DNA of 64,000 nucleotides from Mizuhopecten yessoensis (Eukaryota), in assembly GCF_002113885.1 (NCBI RefSeq), contig NW_018406484.1:219179-283178 (forward strand), read 5' to 3'. The notes under the pieces were generated by a model that was given only the letters and a program-made list of their open reading frames with translations, was not told where the DNA came from and did no database searches. The position numbers and the translations under genes were made by a program. Below, in pieces: positions 13,013 to 25,910 of the stretch. Each line of letters begins with the position of its first letter. Positions within the stretch are counted from its first letter, which is position 1.

Positions 13013-14460
13013 AATAATCTTAACTATCATTTTTACAAAACCATTTATAGGGCATTTCGATTGAATTTGACAATAACATTACATGATCATTAATTGTAAT
13101 TTTCTACGTCAATATGTATTCTTATTTGTAGAACTGGTAGTTCCCAAAGGTCTTTAAACATATTTACAGTCTTAGAATAACTCCACCCGTAACAGTATTA
13201 GTAAATTAGCCCTATCCAGATTGATTTTTTTCTTCATTTAATATAAAGAAATATACATAAAGCATAATATTGCATTACTTTCTATACTTGATGTGGTTCT
13301 CCCAACCATCACCATATATAACGTTGACACTAGAGATTAGTACAGACTAACACAGCGAATGCTTCATAACTCGTTAACTTGAAACGTCTTCTGTAATATC
13401 ATTTGATAAATCTTTCAACAGATAAAGACCAATTTCAATATCAGATCTTGTAAACAGGATTTAAAAAAAAAATGCATTCTAAAAAAATGCCTGTCGGTGC
13501 TTGCAAGCTTACAGAGTAGCTCGCATCTGATTACCCAGTAGTTTGACGGCGCCCAACCACGTCCAGATCTAAATACGTCCTACTTCGATAGATAAGGAAC
13601 CAATAAATAATAGCTTGAGATAGGCACTCTAGGCCATGGACAGACCCCAGAGTGGTGGGTTTAATAGAATGTAATGACTAGGCAGGATGGACACTATCAA
13701 TGATACAAATTGTATAAGATACCGTCGGTGACGTCTTTACTGAGATCAAGCGCTGGTCGCCGAGGATGTCTCCATGGCTATAATGGTGATCGATTTCACC
13801 AGAATGTTACAGATCCATTTCTATGACGGTCATTTGTATGCACTTTTGAATTGCAAATTGCATTTGTCGAAAATGTCATATATCTAAAGATGTATTGCAA
13901 TTTGAGTTCCCTTGTTATATTGTACTGAACACATATCAGGTTGTAATCACAGCTGAATGAGATCCCTACAAAACAAAAATATGTATAGCATGGAAGGATG
14001 TTGCCTGTATCATTTCATCTTGCATGTTTTAAATTATGTTAAAAATATTACCTGGGCGACGACAACGACTTAGTTCTGTGTGTTTCCCTAGCATAAACAT
14101 GGATGCCGTTCCTTTAAAACCAACAATATCGAATGATTCTGTTAAATAAATACAAACAAACATTTATATTGCCATCGCTCATGGTACTACATAAACGATA
14201 GTCAATGTGCACTCAGCGAGCAGAAGCTAATTGTGAAGTTCACAATCAGTATTTTAACAAGAATCACTAACAATGCATGTTTAAGGAATACAACTAATAC
14301 AGGTATAACTAGCTAGCTTTCTTCTCATTTTTAATATTCATACAATTATGGGTTTATATGCACCTGCCCACTTATTCAGTTGTAGTTTAGACCCATTTAG
14401 AATTCCACCTTTATGGACTTGGCCCCTAACATCACTAATGAGTGTTTTGATAACACAGTA

Positions 14461-14565
14461 GACATATAGTGCAGTGGCATTTTGGCATACTGTATATCAC
14501 CTTTGTGTGTTTTGACGTATAGTGCAGTGGCACTTTGGCATACTGTATATCACCTTTGTGTGTTT
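14461..14565. repeat. 53-bp tandem duplication (2 copies)
   Basis: GAC(A/G)TATAGTGCAGTGGCA(T/C)TTTGGCATACTGTATATCACCTTTGTGTGTTT at 14461 and 14514. Confidence 0.92.
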
Positions 14566-15638
14566 ACGGTCAGTTTTCTATACTACTATTTCTTCTATTG
14601 TACACGCTGATTATCAAAGGAAAGATATTTGGAATGGGAATTTATTTTTGAAAATCAATTTACATAGAAACTGAAATGGCACTCAGTTACCTGATTTCAG
14701 TTAATTTCGTTCACTCAAATGTCAGAGTAGCATTCAGACAACGTGCAACAACATTAGTTAGACTGTAATATGACTCCGTTTAGATGGTTTAGACGCACTA
14801 ATCAACTAAGTCTAGTGACGCCATCAATACACCAGTGTAATATCGAATACTTTCAGGACATAAACGTATACATCATAAACAAGTCCCCCTGATGCCAAAT
14901 GCTATTTTGGCAAGTAATACATAAGATTATCTAGCATTAACAGATAATTTAATATTTTAACATCGTCGACTTACAGATGCATCGTACATCGAATTCAATA
15001 TCCCTAACCTTTTAAATGATTATCCTGGTGCTAACTAAGTTAGTGTGGAACAATTACATAAACAAGTCAGCAACATCCGTATAAATTAATCAGAAAATGT
15101 TAATAAATGTAATTGGTCAGTAACATCTCTTTCATAGCCCAACTCTTCCATTACACGTATATATTCCAAATAGGAATTTCTTAATATCTGTAAGATAATT
15201 TCTTTTAATTGATATCACGCTTTGCTATCGGGGCCTTTAACTTGTTTTAGGAAGCAGCTATTTTCAAATGTATCTCATGAATAATAAGGTCGTTAGCAAT
15301 TAAGTACAGTTCCATAAGTTAATAGTTATAAGTTCCATTCTTAAATCGTTTTACGCTTTTACTATTTTATAATGAATTAACTATAATTATTTCAGAAACA
15401 TGAGCTTCTAGGTATGTTGAAATCACAGTTAAGAAGATTAAGTTCCTTTGTAACGTGAAATATCTAGGATTATTATCAGATGTCAGGGTAATCATTTTCT
15501 CGACTTCTCATATTTTTCGTTAAATAAGTCACTATAATTATGTTGCTATGGTTACAGATTGAACTGACCTTACACTACTGTTACCCTTGGTGAAATGCAT
15601 CATGCTACACCATTGGAAGCCTGAATAACGCGCACTTA

Positions 15639-18450
15639 CAAGTTTCAAGTTTTATTTTACACTCATGACACACGAGGTGTGTTACAAGAGGTCAACATTT
15701 CAATACATTTCAATCACATAGCAAAGTGAGTACAGATTGTGTTTACAACATGTAAATATATAATACTACAGAATAAAATCACTGCATTTATGTTATGTCA
15801 CGTAAAGCCTTAATTGTTTTATCTAGAAAACGACTTATTTTAGGTAAAACATGTAAATTACAAATAGAAATCATTCCTTTTAGCTTAAAATTGCTTGGGT
15901 TTGTAGTGTAATAATTATGGATATATATTTTTCTTATTGATGATATATAAGTAATTTGGCATTTAACAAATAAAGTGGTTCATCACCTATATCTGTTTGA
16001 CATAAAGGGCATATTCTATCTGATTTTGGAGTTGCATTCCAGCGTCCAGTCTCTATTGGGAAATTTAGATTAGACGTGCGGAATTTACAAATAATTTGCC
16101 TATCTTTTTCATTAAGTTTTGTTAGATATGATTCATACTGAAAGTTTGTCTTAAATATGGAGTAGAATTTACCACGAGAAGAGTTTTCTATCTGTTGGAA
16201 CCATTTCTGTATAAATTGATCTTTTAACCGCTGTTTAATTACAGCTTTGAAATGATTTCTATTCATAGTACAAGTATTTTGAAAAATCCACAAATTGCTA
16301 AAACCTAACTTGTTTAATATATCTTTTTATGTACTTATTCCATTTAAAATGCATTTGTTCATTTGATTGTGAAACATATGTCATTTTGTATATCAGACTA
16401 GCTATCTTGCTCCCGCCAGTTAACAACTTAAACCAGAACATGATCATTCTTGTCTTGATTTCTGCTTCCAAAGGATATCTCCCGGTTTCTCCATAAATCA
16501 TGTAATTCGGAGTAGAATTTTTCACATTCATGATTTTTTTACAAAATTGCAAATGCATTCTTTCTATGGTAGTAGTGTTTTCGAATCCCCATATCTCACA
16601 AGCATACAATAGGATCGGTGAAACAAGAGAATCAAATAACTTAAGATGCAAATCAACAGACAATGGAATATTTCTTATTTTCTTGTACAATGCATATAGT
16701 GCCTTTTTAGCTTGTTCAGTTATTTCTGTTTTTGCTTTACTAAATGTACCATTGCTATTAAATAATATGCCCAGATATGAATAAGAATTTTGGACTTCGA
16801 TATTTTCTTCATTCAATTTAANCCCTGTTTTAATCCGACATTGCAAACGAAAAATTCCGAAATTTCATTTCCGTTTTTAACACATGACTTGGTTAAAATA
16901 TAAGTTTTGGATAACCTTAAAAACTTTTCCATTTATGTTACTTTTTAACATCTTTTGCCATAATCCCGCTTGCCAAACTGTGTCGAACGCTTTTCGAAAA
17001 TCAATAAATATACAGTAAAGCCACTTTTCCCTTGAGCAAAATATGTGTTTATTAATGAGTGTAATATAAAAATATTTTCAGTCGTCGAGTAACCTTTTCT
17101 AAACCCTGCATGAGAGGGAGAAATTATGTTATTTTCATCAGCTAATTTAGTTAAATTATCATTGATAATAATAGTAAACACTTTCCCCAAGCAAGACACT
17201 AGAGTTATAGCTCTATAGTTGTCCGGGTCGCAAGTTTCTCCTTTATTTTTATAAGTAGGCTTAATTATTCCAACTGTCCAAGAGTCTGGGACTAATCCAG
17301 TATTTAGTATACTGTTAAATAACATTGTAGATAACGGCATAAAGTTAGTTAATGTACTCTTGATATGCTCATTTAAAATGTCATCATTTCCGCATGCTTT
17401 ATTATGTTTTAAATTATTTACCGCATGTTTAATCTCTTCCTCTGAATTATCTTCGTATAGTATTTGGTAAAAAGTATTATTTTCTTGTTCGGGAATATAT
17501 ATGTTATCATCATCCCGGTCATCATTTGAATTGTTCAGCTTTTTGAAATACTCAAAAAGTTCATTTGTTGGTATGTCAGCTTTATTAGATTTAGCTTTAC
17601 CAGTTAATTTATTTAATAAATTCCATAATGTTTTGGGATTACTATTTGCAGATTCCCTGATATCCCTTTCCATTTTATGCTGATATTCCTTAAAAAACCT
17701 ATTCATTTCTTTTCTGTACTATTTACTCTTATTTCTCAGGGCTTTTTTGTTTATTTGATTTTTCACTAATTTATACTTACTCTTTGCCAAGTGAAACTCA
17801 ATTATCAGTTTTCTACAATTCCCAGTATACCATGGTTTATTAGTTGTACATTTATTACTCTTGCGCATGTCTGGATATCTTTTACCGAACGCCTTATTAG
17901 CTGACCTTGTGAAGAGGTTACCTATTCGACTCACAATGTCGTTAAGTTCGGTTTTATTAATTTGGTCCACGGGTTTAACATGGAGTTGTTTAAATGTATC
18001 ACTAATTTTGTTTACACCATCTTCATTATCGGTTTTTATTACGTCTACAAATATATTAATTTTCTCACAGTTCCATTTGACATACACATGTAAGACATGC
18101 TATTAGAGCTGGGGTTACCGTGGCTGTTATTTTCATTATTAATTCCATGTAAGACGAGTTCAATACTACAATGGACATTAATGGGTTTGACATTTTTAAA
18201 TAGTGTGAACAGATCTGAAGATAATAACACTTCATCAGTGACAATTGAATCATTGCAAGTAACCTTACCAACATTTTTATCATCACCTAGTCTTCCATTT
18301 GCTATATACAAATTGTTTAATTTATAAAAATCAAAATTATTGATCTTAGATTTACATTCACTAAACCTTTGTAGTGGTACATTATTCAACCTTAATGATT
18401 CAAAATCATACATTAACGAATAAAGATCATCATTTTTATTACTTACAAAA
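15639..18450 (-). mobile_element. Decayed, 5'-truncated non-LTR retrotransposon ORF2 (APE endonuclease end + RT + C-terminal Cys/His motif; RTE-X or CR1-Zenon-like)
   Basis: Frameshifted segments: NNLYIANGRLGDD (end of EN), KPWYTGNC, NKACGNDDILNE, NYRAITLVSCLGKVF, AGFRKGYST, FIDFRKAFDTV, VGLKQG, YSYLGILF, IETGRW..RICPLC..GDE. The 3' end reads AATAAAACTTGAAACTTG. Confidence 0.93.
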
Positions 18451-18523
18451 TGTCCGGCTTATTGAACCCTTATGAACTTGCTTCTTACAACACTGGGACA
18501 CTTGTTATCGTGCGTCTCAGATT

Positions 18524-18880
18524 AATAGAATCTCTCACCGTCTTGGGGTGAGATAGGGGAATCTCGGAAACTCAACCCTAGGGGGAAGATTCCCTTATCT
18601 CACCCACAATGAGGTGAATTGTTCTTTTTCTCTGTTCACCTATTGTATATCATATGCAAAATGTAATGTTAACGTCACAGGCTACATTCAGGGTTGACGT
18701 GACGTTGATGGATTGTTGAGGTGACGTCATTGTATTGTTGAAGTGACGTCATATAATTGTTATGAATAGGGGAATCCCCCCGTCTCAACATACGAATATT
18801 CCCCCTCGGGTTGAGATCCCCCTATCTATTAATCTCGCACCGGTAAAAGTGCGGATACACCTGTCCAGGGTAAGAGAAAA
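18524..18880. mobile_element. Non-autonomous palindromic element resembling bivalve Crypton-type repeats
   Basis: Inverted arms AGAATCTCTCACCGTCTTGGGGTGAGATAGGGGAATCT / AGATTCCCTTATCTCACCCACAATGAGGTGAATTGTTCT, a cluster of TGACGT(CA) motifs, and a second ATAGGGGAATC...GATCCCCCTAT palindrome. Family label is by resemblance. Confidence 0.55.
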
Positions 18881-21476
18881 CATGGTCTGATTTTTGTAAT
18901 ACGACAGAAACTCTTCGTAAGGCGTTTCGAGGACGACTGGAAACTATGCGATCTCACGGTACAAATATATGATATTTTGTTTTATAACAATGGTCGAGAG
19001 GCTGGTTACTGTTCATATCATATCCAGTTCACAAAGCGTTAACATCCAGACAAGTGATCTTGTTCAAAATATATCTACATGTAATAAGAGACCGAAGTTT
19101 AATGGTAAAATGTCAAAAGAGAAGTAGTAAAAAGGTTCATAGCATAAAAAAATTATGATGATTAACTTTAATGGTTTTCTGTGAAAGCTAAGCCTCTATG
19201 TAATCATGCAGACGTCAAAAATAAGTCAAATGGGCAAAAATAATAAAATAATTTTGATATTGTGCAACTGTTTATTTCAGTTTTTACACTAAATTGGACA
19301 TCATTTTTCCGATATCATTTCCCACTAGGTCACCACTGTAAGGTTGTCACTGATAGACAAACAGAAAACCGGTTCATCACATGTATACAACAATATCCTT
19401 TGAAAAATATATCATAGCAAAATATTCCTTTATGAATAATTATCATTTCTCTGGTTACGGTAATAACCACGGCATACCTTCCCATTGTCATTATTACTAA
19501 CCATATGTGTTCTTATAATTCCAGCAAAAGAACGAAACATCATGATGAATATAACATAACGTTAGAGTTCTTGACATAATTTAGCGATGCAAAATACTCA
19601 TTTATTATGTTGTAGCACTTATCGCTTTCCAATAATTAAACATTATTTAGTTTCCCTTTACTTTACTATCGAGTGCGATGACTTACCTGAAAAAAAGTAA
19701 CATACAACAATAGTCTTATCACTGCAATCCACATGACGTCACCAGTGTAAACATCAGTGGATACTTAAACACGATCGAACACATTAGGTTCTTACGTATT
19801 TGTACTACCAGCATTATCCTGTCCACATGTGTCGTACATGCATGTACATTGCTAATATAAGATAAAGAAGTGTTACTGACGGCGTAATACATTCCCCACT
19901 GCTACCAAGGTCTTATCATTCTATTGCCTTGACACAAACACTACACAATGTGTCTGTCCCCTTAATGTTATAGAGAAACAATATATTTATTACCGATATA
20001 TACTTTGCCCTAATAAGAAAGTTCGAAACATTTTGTCTGAAAAATGTGTACGAGATATTAAAAGCAGATTGCTTAGAATGCAGCTAACATTGTTTTTCTG
20101 AAACTCAAAGTTGATGAAATAAAAAGTCTTGTATATCAAACGTTGTCACTACATATTCACAATTACAAACAAGAATAAGAAATGTCTGAAATTGGACAAG
20201 TGGTTGTAGCCGATTGCATGACCTTTATATAACCTACGGTTCGTTAACCTCCGTCTGTAAATTTCAATCATTTCCGTCAGGTACAAGAGAACTTCCATGA
20301 AATACAATTTCCGTTTCTTTATTACATTTCCAAATGGAATGTGTTCTAATTGATCTGCTCTTTCTGGGACAGTTAATCGATTTCAATGACATTGATGATT
20401 TTGTTTCCGTATGAGTGTCGGTGGTTTCCGTGCGGCTGTGAATTGATCTTGTTTTGGAGTCGGTGACTTCCGTTTTGGTATCAGCGGTTTCTACATGGGT
20501 TTCTGGCAATATCAGGAGCAACCCAACGGACGCCTTGTATTTTTGTTGACCTTTCTCTTTCCATATCATGGACGTTGTCAGTTTTTCACTCTCCTGCTTG
20601 AGAACACGAAACTATACAAAGCTGTACTGGTACATATTTGGTTTAAGTCCTTATAAAAGGGGTTGATTGTCGAAATTGCTCTCCTATTGCAGTTCCGTTC
20701 TAACCAGAAATAGCTCTAGATTTGCCACTTGAGACCTGCTTTGACGGGTTATGATACAACGGAGGGGAAATCTTCTTGTCTTGAGTAACTGGTACCAAAG
20801 AACAACTCTCTCGGAGGACATCGAGCAAATTCATTGATATTATTTGGAAAACATACGAATATTTAATTTTGTATTTTTAATATCCTCATGATAATATTTT
20901 TTTCAGTTTTAGTTATTACATGCTACGGGCGTTTAATGATAAAACAGACAATGAAACGACGCATAAATTATATATCAATAGTTATATTATTTGACCTTGA
21001 TATTGTACTGCTATTTCGTCTATTATGAATGGATTTGAACAGCCCACGAATTCACCCTTATTCTTGATTTACTGTCAACCAGGAAATGGCGTTTCCGTTT
21101 TCCGTTTTAAACACGTATATTGTAATATTGTCACGTGCTTTTCTTTTGATGTGTATTGTTTGTATATACCACACAGTTTTGTATTTGAACTATACTTATT
21201 GATGCGGAGTACTATTTCCTAGGTAATAGTTCTACATCATTCTGGATTGAATCCATCATCAGGTTTTACACTTACCCCATTTTTTGTATCTACATGCATG
21301 TAAATTAAACTATATATCACATCTTTAACTGTTCCGCGCGTCCTTGATTGATGATTTACACAACCAGTCAAGTTTGTATCAATCAAACTGTTTCTTGATT
21401 TAAATACATGCATGCTAGTCTATAAACAGTTCATAGTGTAAAACCTAGTCTCATTGCCATTTCACTTCAGTTTATC

Positions 21477-21784
21477 TCATTCCTTTAACTTGTGCCATTC
21501 GGCGATCTGCTTCCGCGGGCAGTTGATGACCTCGCTCCAGTGATGCAGCTGTTGACTGCTAGTCCTCGCCCCGATTTCCAGGCGTCCAATCACCTCGTTC
21601 TTGGTAACTCGGTCCCAGTCGAGCAAAAGGAACTCCAGGCTGATATTCTGAAGACCCTCATTGTACGGAACGTCGAACAGGAACGACTCGTTAAACACGG
21701 GATTCAGTGTCCGCTTTTTCACATGCGTCTTCTTTTTAGCAATTCTCTGGCCGTTGTAGAGAAGGTAAATCTTCACGTAGGGAT
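21477..21784 (-). CDS. Syt4: Synaptotagmin-4/11-like, last coding exon (C2B domain to stop)
   Basis: Acceptor TTACAG|AT, phase 1, restores the D of SDPYVK. Encodes [69 protein letters not shown], with TGA at 21479-21477. Confidence 0.96.
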
Positions 21785-22944
21785 CTGTAATATATGAAAT
21801 CAATAGGATATACACGACAATAATTACAGATACATATTTATAATACATTAAAAAATGGTTTTATCATTTATTGCAAAAATGATAAAAGATTGGAAAAGAA
21901 CGCAGTTACAGGCTGAGATATGCAACATAAGTTCAAAACAACGACAAACAAAATAATTTAGGTGCTGGCCCTGGTGTAACCGGGCATGACTGTGGCATAT
22001 AAAGTAATATACTGATGCATAAACCGTCCTTTTCTGCTAAATCCATCATTTCTTTGGAGGACAATTAAATGAACAAAAGGATACCGCAGAACGTTTAAAT
22101 GCATTATCATTTCTTAATATTAATTTCCTCAATAGTAACCATTTGACCATGTGCTTAAATGTTTAATCTGCTCTCAAGTTTGTATGATAATGATGTGTAC
22201 TGCCGAATCCTCTATAACACCGAACCTCCTTGTTGGATCTGCTGTCAAGTTTGTATAAGATATAATGAGATACAATTATAGTGTATGGTGATGAATTCGC
22301 CGCTGGATAGGTTTATAGGCAGTTTTGTTTGCCTTCGGTTAATTACAAAAAAAAACCACATTTATATTTAAAATTTGACTTTATGGATTTAAGAGAAACT
22401 GAATCGAGGTAAGAATGACACACAACGTTTCCCGTTTTACTTAAAGAAATATTTATATTTGTTGCTTGTAAGAAGATTTTTATATCATATCAACTATAAA
22501 CGGACAAGGTTTATACGACCAAGCGATGTTAATATAACTTCTTAAAATAAACACAAAAAGTGAATGATTCTAACCATATTTGGATCGTTTGACGTAGGGA
22601 GACAATTAGACTAGTGAAATGCCATATAGTCTCGCCGAGCGACAGTAAACATAAGCCTGGAGGGACCCATATATTTATATCTCCCTTTGTAGCAGAACGT
22701 ATTTAGATTTCCATAATCCATGGAGATGTCTTATAGGCATTTAAGCGCGTGTCATACGGCGTTGGTTTGTTCAGATGTAAACACATACAAACGCACAGCT
22801 TGAATCTGTTATCTTAACTTGCATGGGTAGAAATCTGTCACAGAGTACTCAGAGATCATTGCCCCATCACCTCTTTGTATGTCGCGACATCTTTGTGCTT
22901 CGTAACGGAGGATCCGAGCTTAACGCTACATTACCTCTACGGTT

Positions 22945-25222
22945 GTCACGGTGGCTTCCAAGCTTATTGTTCAGACATGTGTATGTGTATGTCACGGAGG
23001 TTTCCGAGCTTATTGTTCAGACATGTGTATGTGTATGTAACGGAGGTTTCCGAGCTTATTGTTCAGACATGTTTATGAGTATGTCACCGTGATTTTCGAA
23101 CCTATTGTTCAGACATGTGTATGTGTATGTCACCGATGTTTTCGAGCTTATTATTCAGTCATGTGTATGTGTATGTCACGGAGGTTTCCGAGCTTATTGT
23201 TCAGACATGTGTATGTGTATGTCACCGTGGTTTCCGAACTTATTGTTCAGACATGTGTATGTGTATGTCACCGAGGTTTCCGAGCTTATTGTTCAGTCAT
23301 GTGTATGTGTATGTCACGGAGGTTTCCGAGCTTATTGTTCAGACATGTGTATGTGTATGTCACCGTGGTTTCCGAACTTATTGTTCAGACATGTGTATGT
23401 GTATGTCACCGAGGTTTCCGAGCTTATTGTTCAGTCATGTGTATGTGTATGTCACGGAGGTTTCCGAGCTTATTGTTCAGACATGTGTATGTGTATGTCA
23501 CCGTGGTTTCCGAACTTATTGTTCAGACATGTGTATGTGTATGTCACCGAGGTTTCCGAGCTTATTGTTCAGTCATGTGTATGTGTATGTCACGGAGGTT
23601 TCCGAGCTTATTGTTCAGACATGTGTATGTGTATGTCACCGTGGTTTCCGAACTTATTGTTCAGACATGTGTATGTGTATGTCACCGAGGTTTCCGAGCT
23701 TATTGTTCAGTCATGTGTATGTGTATGTCACGGAGGTTTCCGAGCTTATTGTTCAGACATGTGTATGTGTATGTCACCGTGGTTTCCGAACTTATTGTTC
23801 AGACATGTGTATGTGTATGTCACCGAGGTTTCCGAGCTTATTGTTCAGTCATGTGTATGTGTATGTCACGGAGGTTTCCGAGCTTATTGTTCAGACATGT
23901 GTATGTGTATGTCACCGTGGTTTCCGAACTTATTGTTCAGACATGTGTATGTGTATGTCACCGAGGTTTCCGAGCTTATTGTTCAGTCATGTGTATGTGT
24001 ATGTCACGGAGGTTTCCGAGCTTATTGTTCAGACATGTGTATGTGTATGTCACCGTGGTTTCCGAACTTATTGTTCAGACATGTGTATGTGTATGTCACC
24101 GAGGTTTCCGAGCTTATTGTTCAGTCATGTGTATGTGTATGTCACGGAGGTTTCCGAGCTTATTGTTCAGACATGTGTATGTGTATGTCACCGTGGTTTC
24201 CGAACTTATTGTTCAGACATGTGTATGTGTATGTCACCGAGGTTTCCGAGCTTATTGTTCAGTCATGTGTATGTGTATGTCACGGAGGTTTCCGAGCTTA
24301 TTGTTCAGACATGTGTATGTGTATGTCACCGTGGTTTCCGAACTTATTGTTCAGACATGTGTATGTGTATGTCACCGAGGTTTCCGAGCTTATTGTTCAG
24401 TCATGTGTATGTGTATGTCACGGAGGTTTCCGAGCTTATTGTTCAGACATGTGTATGTGTATGTCACCGTGGTTTCCGAACTTATTGTTCAGACATGTGT
24501 ATGTGTATGTCACCGAGGTTTCCGAGCTTATTGTTCAGTCATGTGTATGTGTATGTCACGGAGGTTTCCGAGCTTATTGTTCAGACATGTGTATGTGTAT
24601 GTCACCGTGGTTTCCGAACTTATTGTTCAGACATGTGTATGTGTATGTCACCGAGGTTTCCGAGCTTATTGTTCAGTCATGTGTATGTGTATGTCACGGA
24701 GGTTTCCGAGCTTATTGTTCAGACATGTGTATGTGTATGTCACCGTGGTTTCCGAACTTATTGTTCAGACATGTGTATGTGTATGTCACCGAGGTTTCCG
24801 AGCTTATTGTTCAGTCATGTGTATGTGTATGTCACGGAGGTTTCCGAGCTTATTGTTCAGACATGTGTATGTGTATGTCACCGTGGTTTCCGAACTTATT
24901 GTTCAGACATGTGTATGTGTATGTCACCGAGGTTTCCGAGCTTATTGTTCAGTCATGTGTATGTGTATGTCACGGAGGTTTCCGAGCTTATTGTTCAGAC
25001 ATGTGTATGTGTATGTTACGGAGGTTTCCTAACTTATTGTTCAGACATGTGTATGTGTATGTCACCAGGTTTCCCAAATTATTGTTCAGTCATGTTTATG
25101 AGTATGTCACGGAGGTTTCCGAGCTTATTGTTCAGACATGTGTATGTGTATGTAACGGAGGTTTCCGAGCTTATTGTTCAGACATGTGTATGTGTATGTC
25201 ACCGAGGTTTCCGAACTTATTG
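22945..25222. repeat. 46-bp minisatellite (~49 units) with a perfect 138-bp three-unit higher-order repeat, inside the last Syt4 intron
   Basis: Unit GTTTCCGAGCTTATTGTTCAGACATGTGTATGTGTATGTCACGGAG; three variants cycle in fixed order from ~23150 to ~25010. Confidence 0.98.
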
Positions 25223-25581
25223 CTCAAAAACATCGGAGTTTGAACAGATACTGTTTATTAATGAAAACGGTACTTTTGCAGACCACTTTTGTTATAAATT
25301 GTTCATGTTACCGGATATGTTGATATCTAAGATTGAATTTGATTGGTGGATTGGATGTGTATATTTCCAATTGGTGAATCTTATTTATATATCCTGATCG
25401 AATAATGCCAGGGATACGTATTGTTTAGTTACTCGAAGGTATTGAAGTTCTAATTGTTATATCTCAGGAGTTGATCCTGGTTTGTTACTTTCAGCTTGAG
25501 ACTATGATTAGTTAATCCCAGGATTAGGACTAATAACTAAAAATTGTATGGTCTGGTTGATAAATAGTATGAGTAGACCAT

Positions 25582-25910
25582 GATTGGTTATCCCAGATGT
25601 ATATTCTGATTGGTTAATCTCAGGAGTAGACCCTGATTGGTTATCCCAGATGTATATTCTGACTCGTTAATCTCAGGGGTAGACCTTGATTGGTTATACC
25701 AGATGTATATTCTGATTGGTTAATCTCAGGAGTAGACCCTGATTGGTTATCCAAGATGTATATTCTGACTTGTTAATCTCAGGAGTAGACCCTGATTGGT
25801 TATCCCAGATGTATATTCTGATTGGTTAATCTCAGGAGTAGACCTTTGATTGGTTATTCCAGATGTATATTCTGACTCGTTAATCTCAGGAGTAGACCCT
25901 GATTGGTTAC
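25582..25910. repeat. 53-bp minisatellite (GATTGGTTATCCCAGATGTATATTCTGATTGGTTAATCTCAGGAGTAGACCCT)n, ~6 copies
   Basis: Unit read directly; degenerate copies extend back to ~25450. Confidence 0.93.

Noticed and set aside
20264-20569. 101-aa Thr/Ser-rich ORF
   Set aside because: Low complexity and no domain; it lies in the probable Syt4 3' UTR or downstream region.
23059-25397. 657-760 aa Cys-rich proteins
   Set aside because: Artefact of a stop-free tandem repeat inside an intron; equivalent in all three frames.
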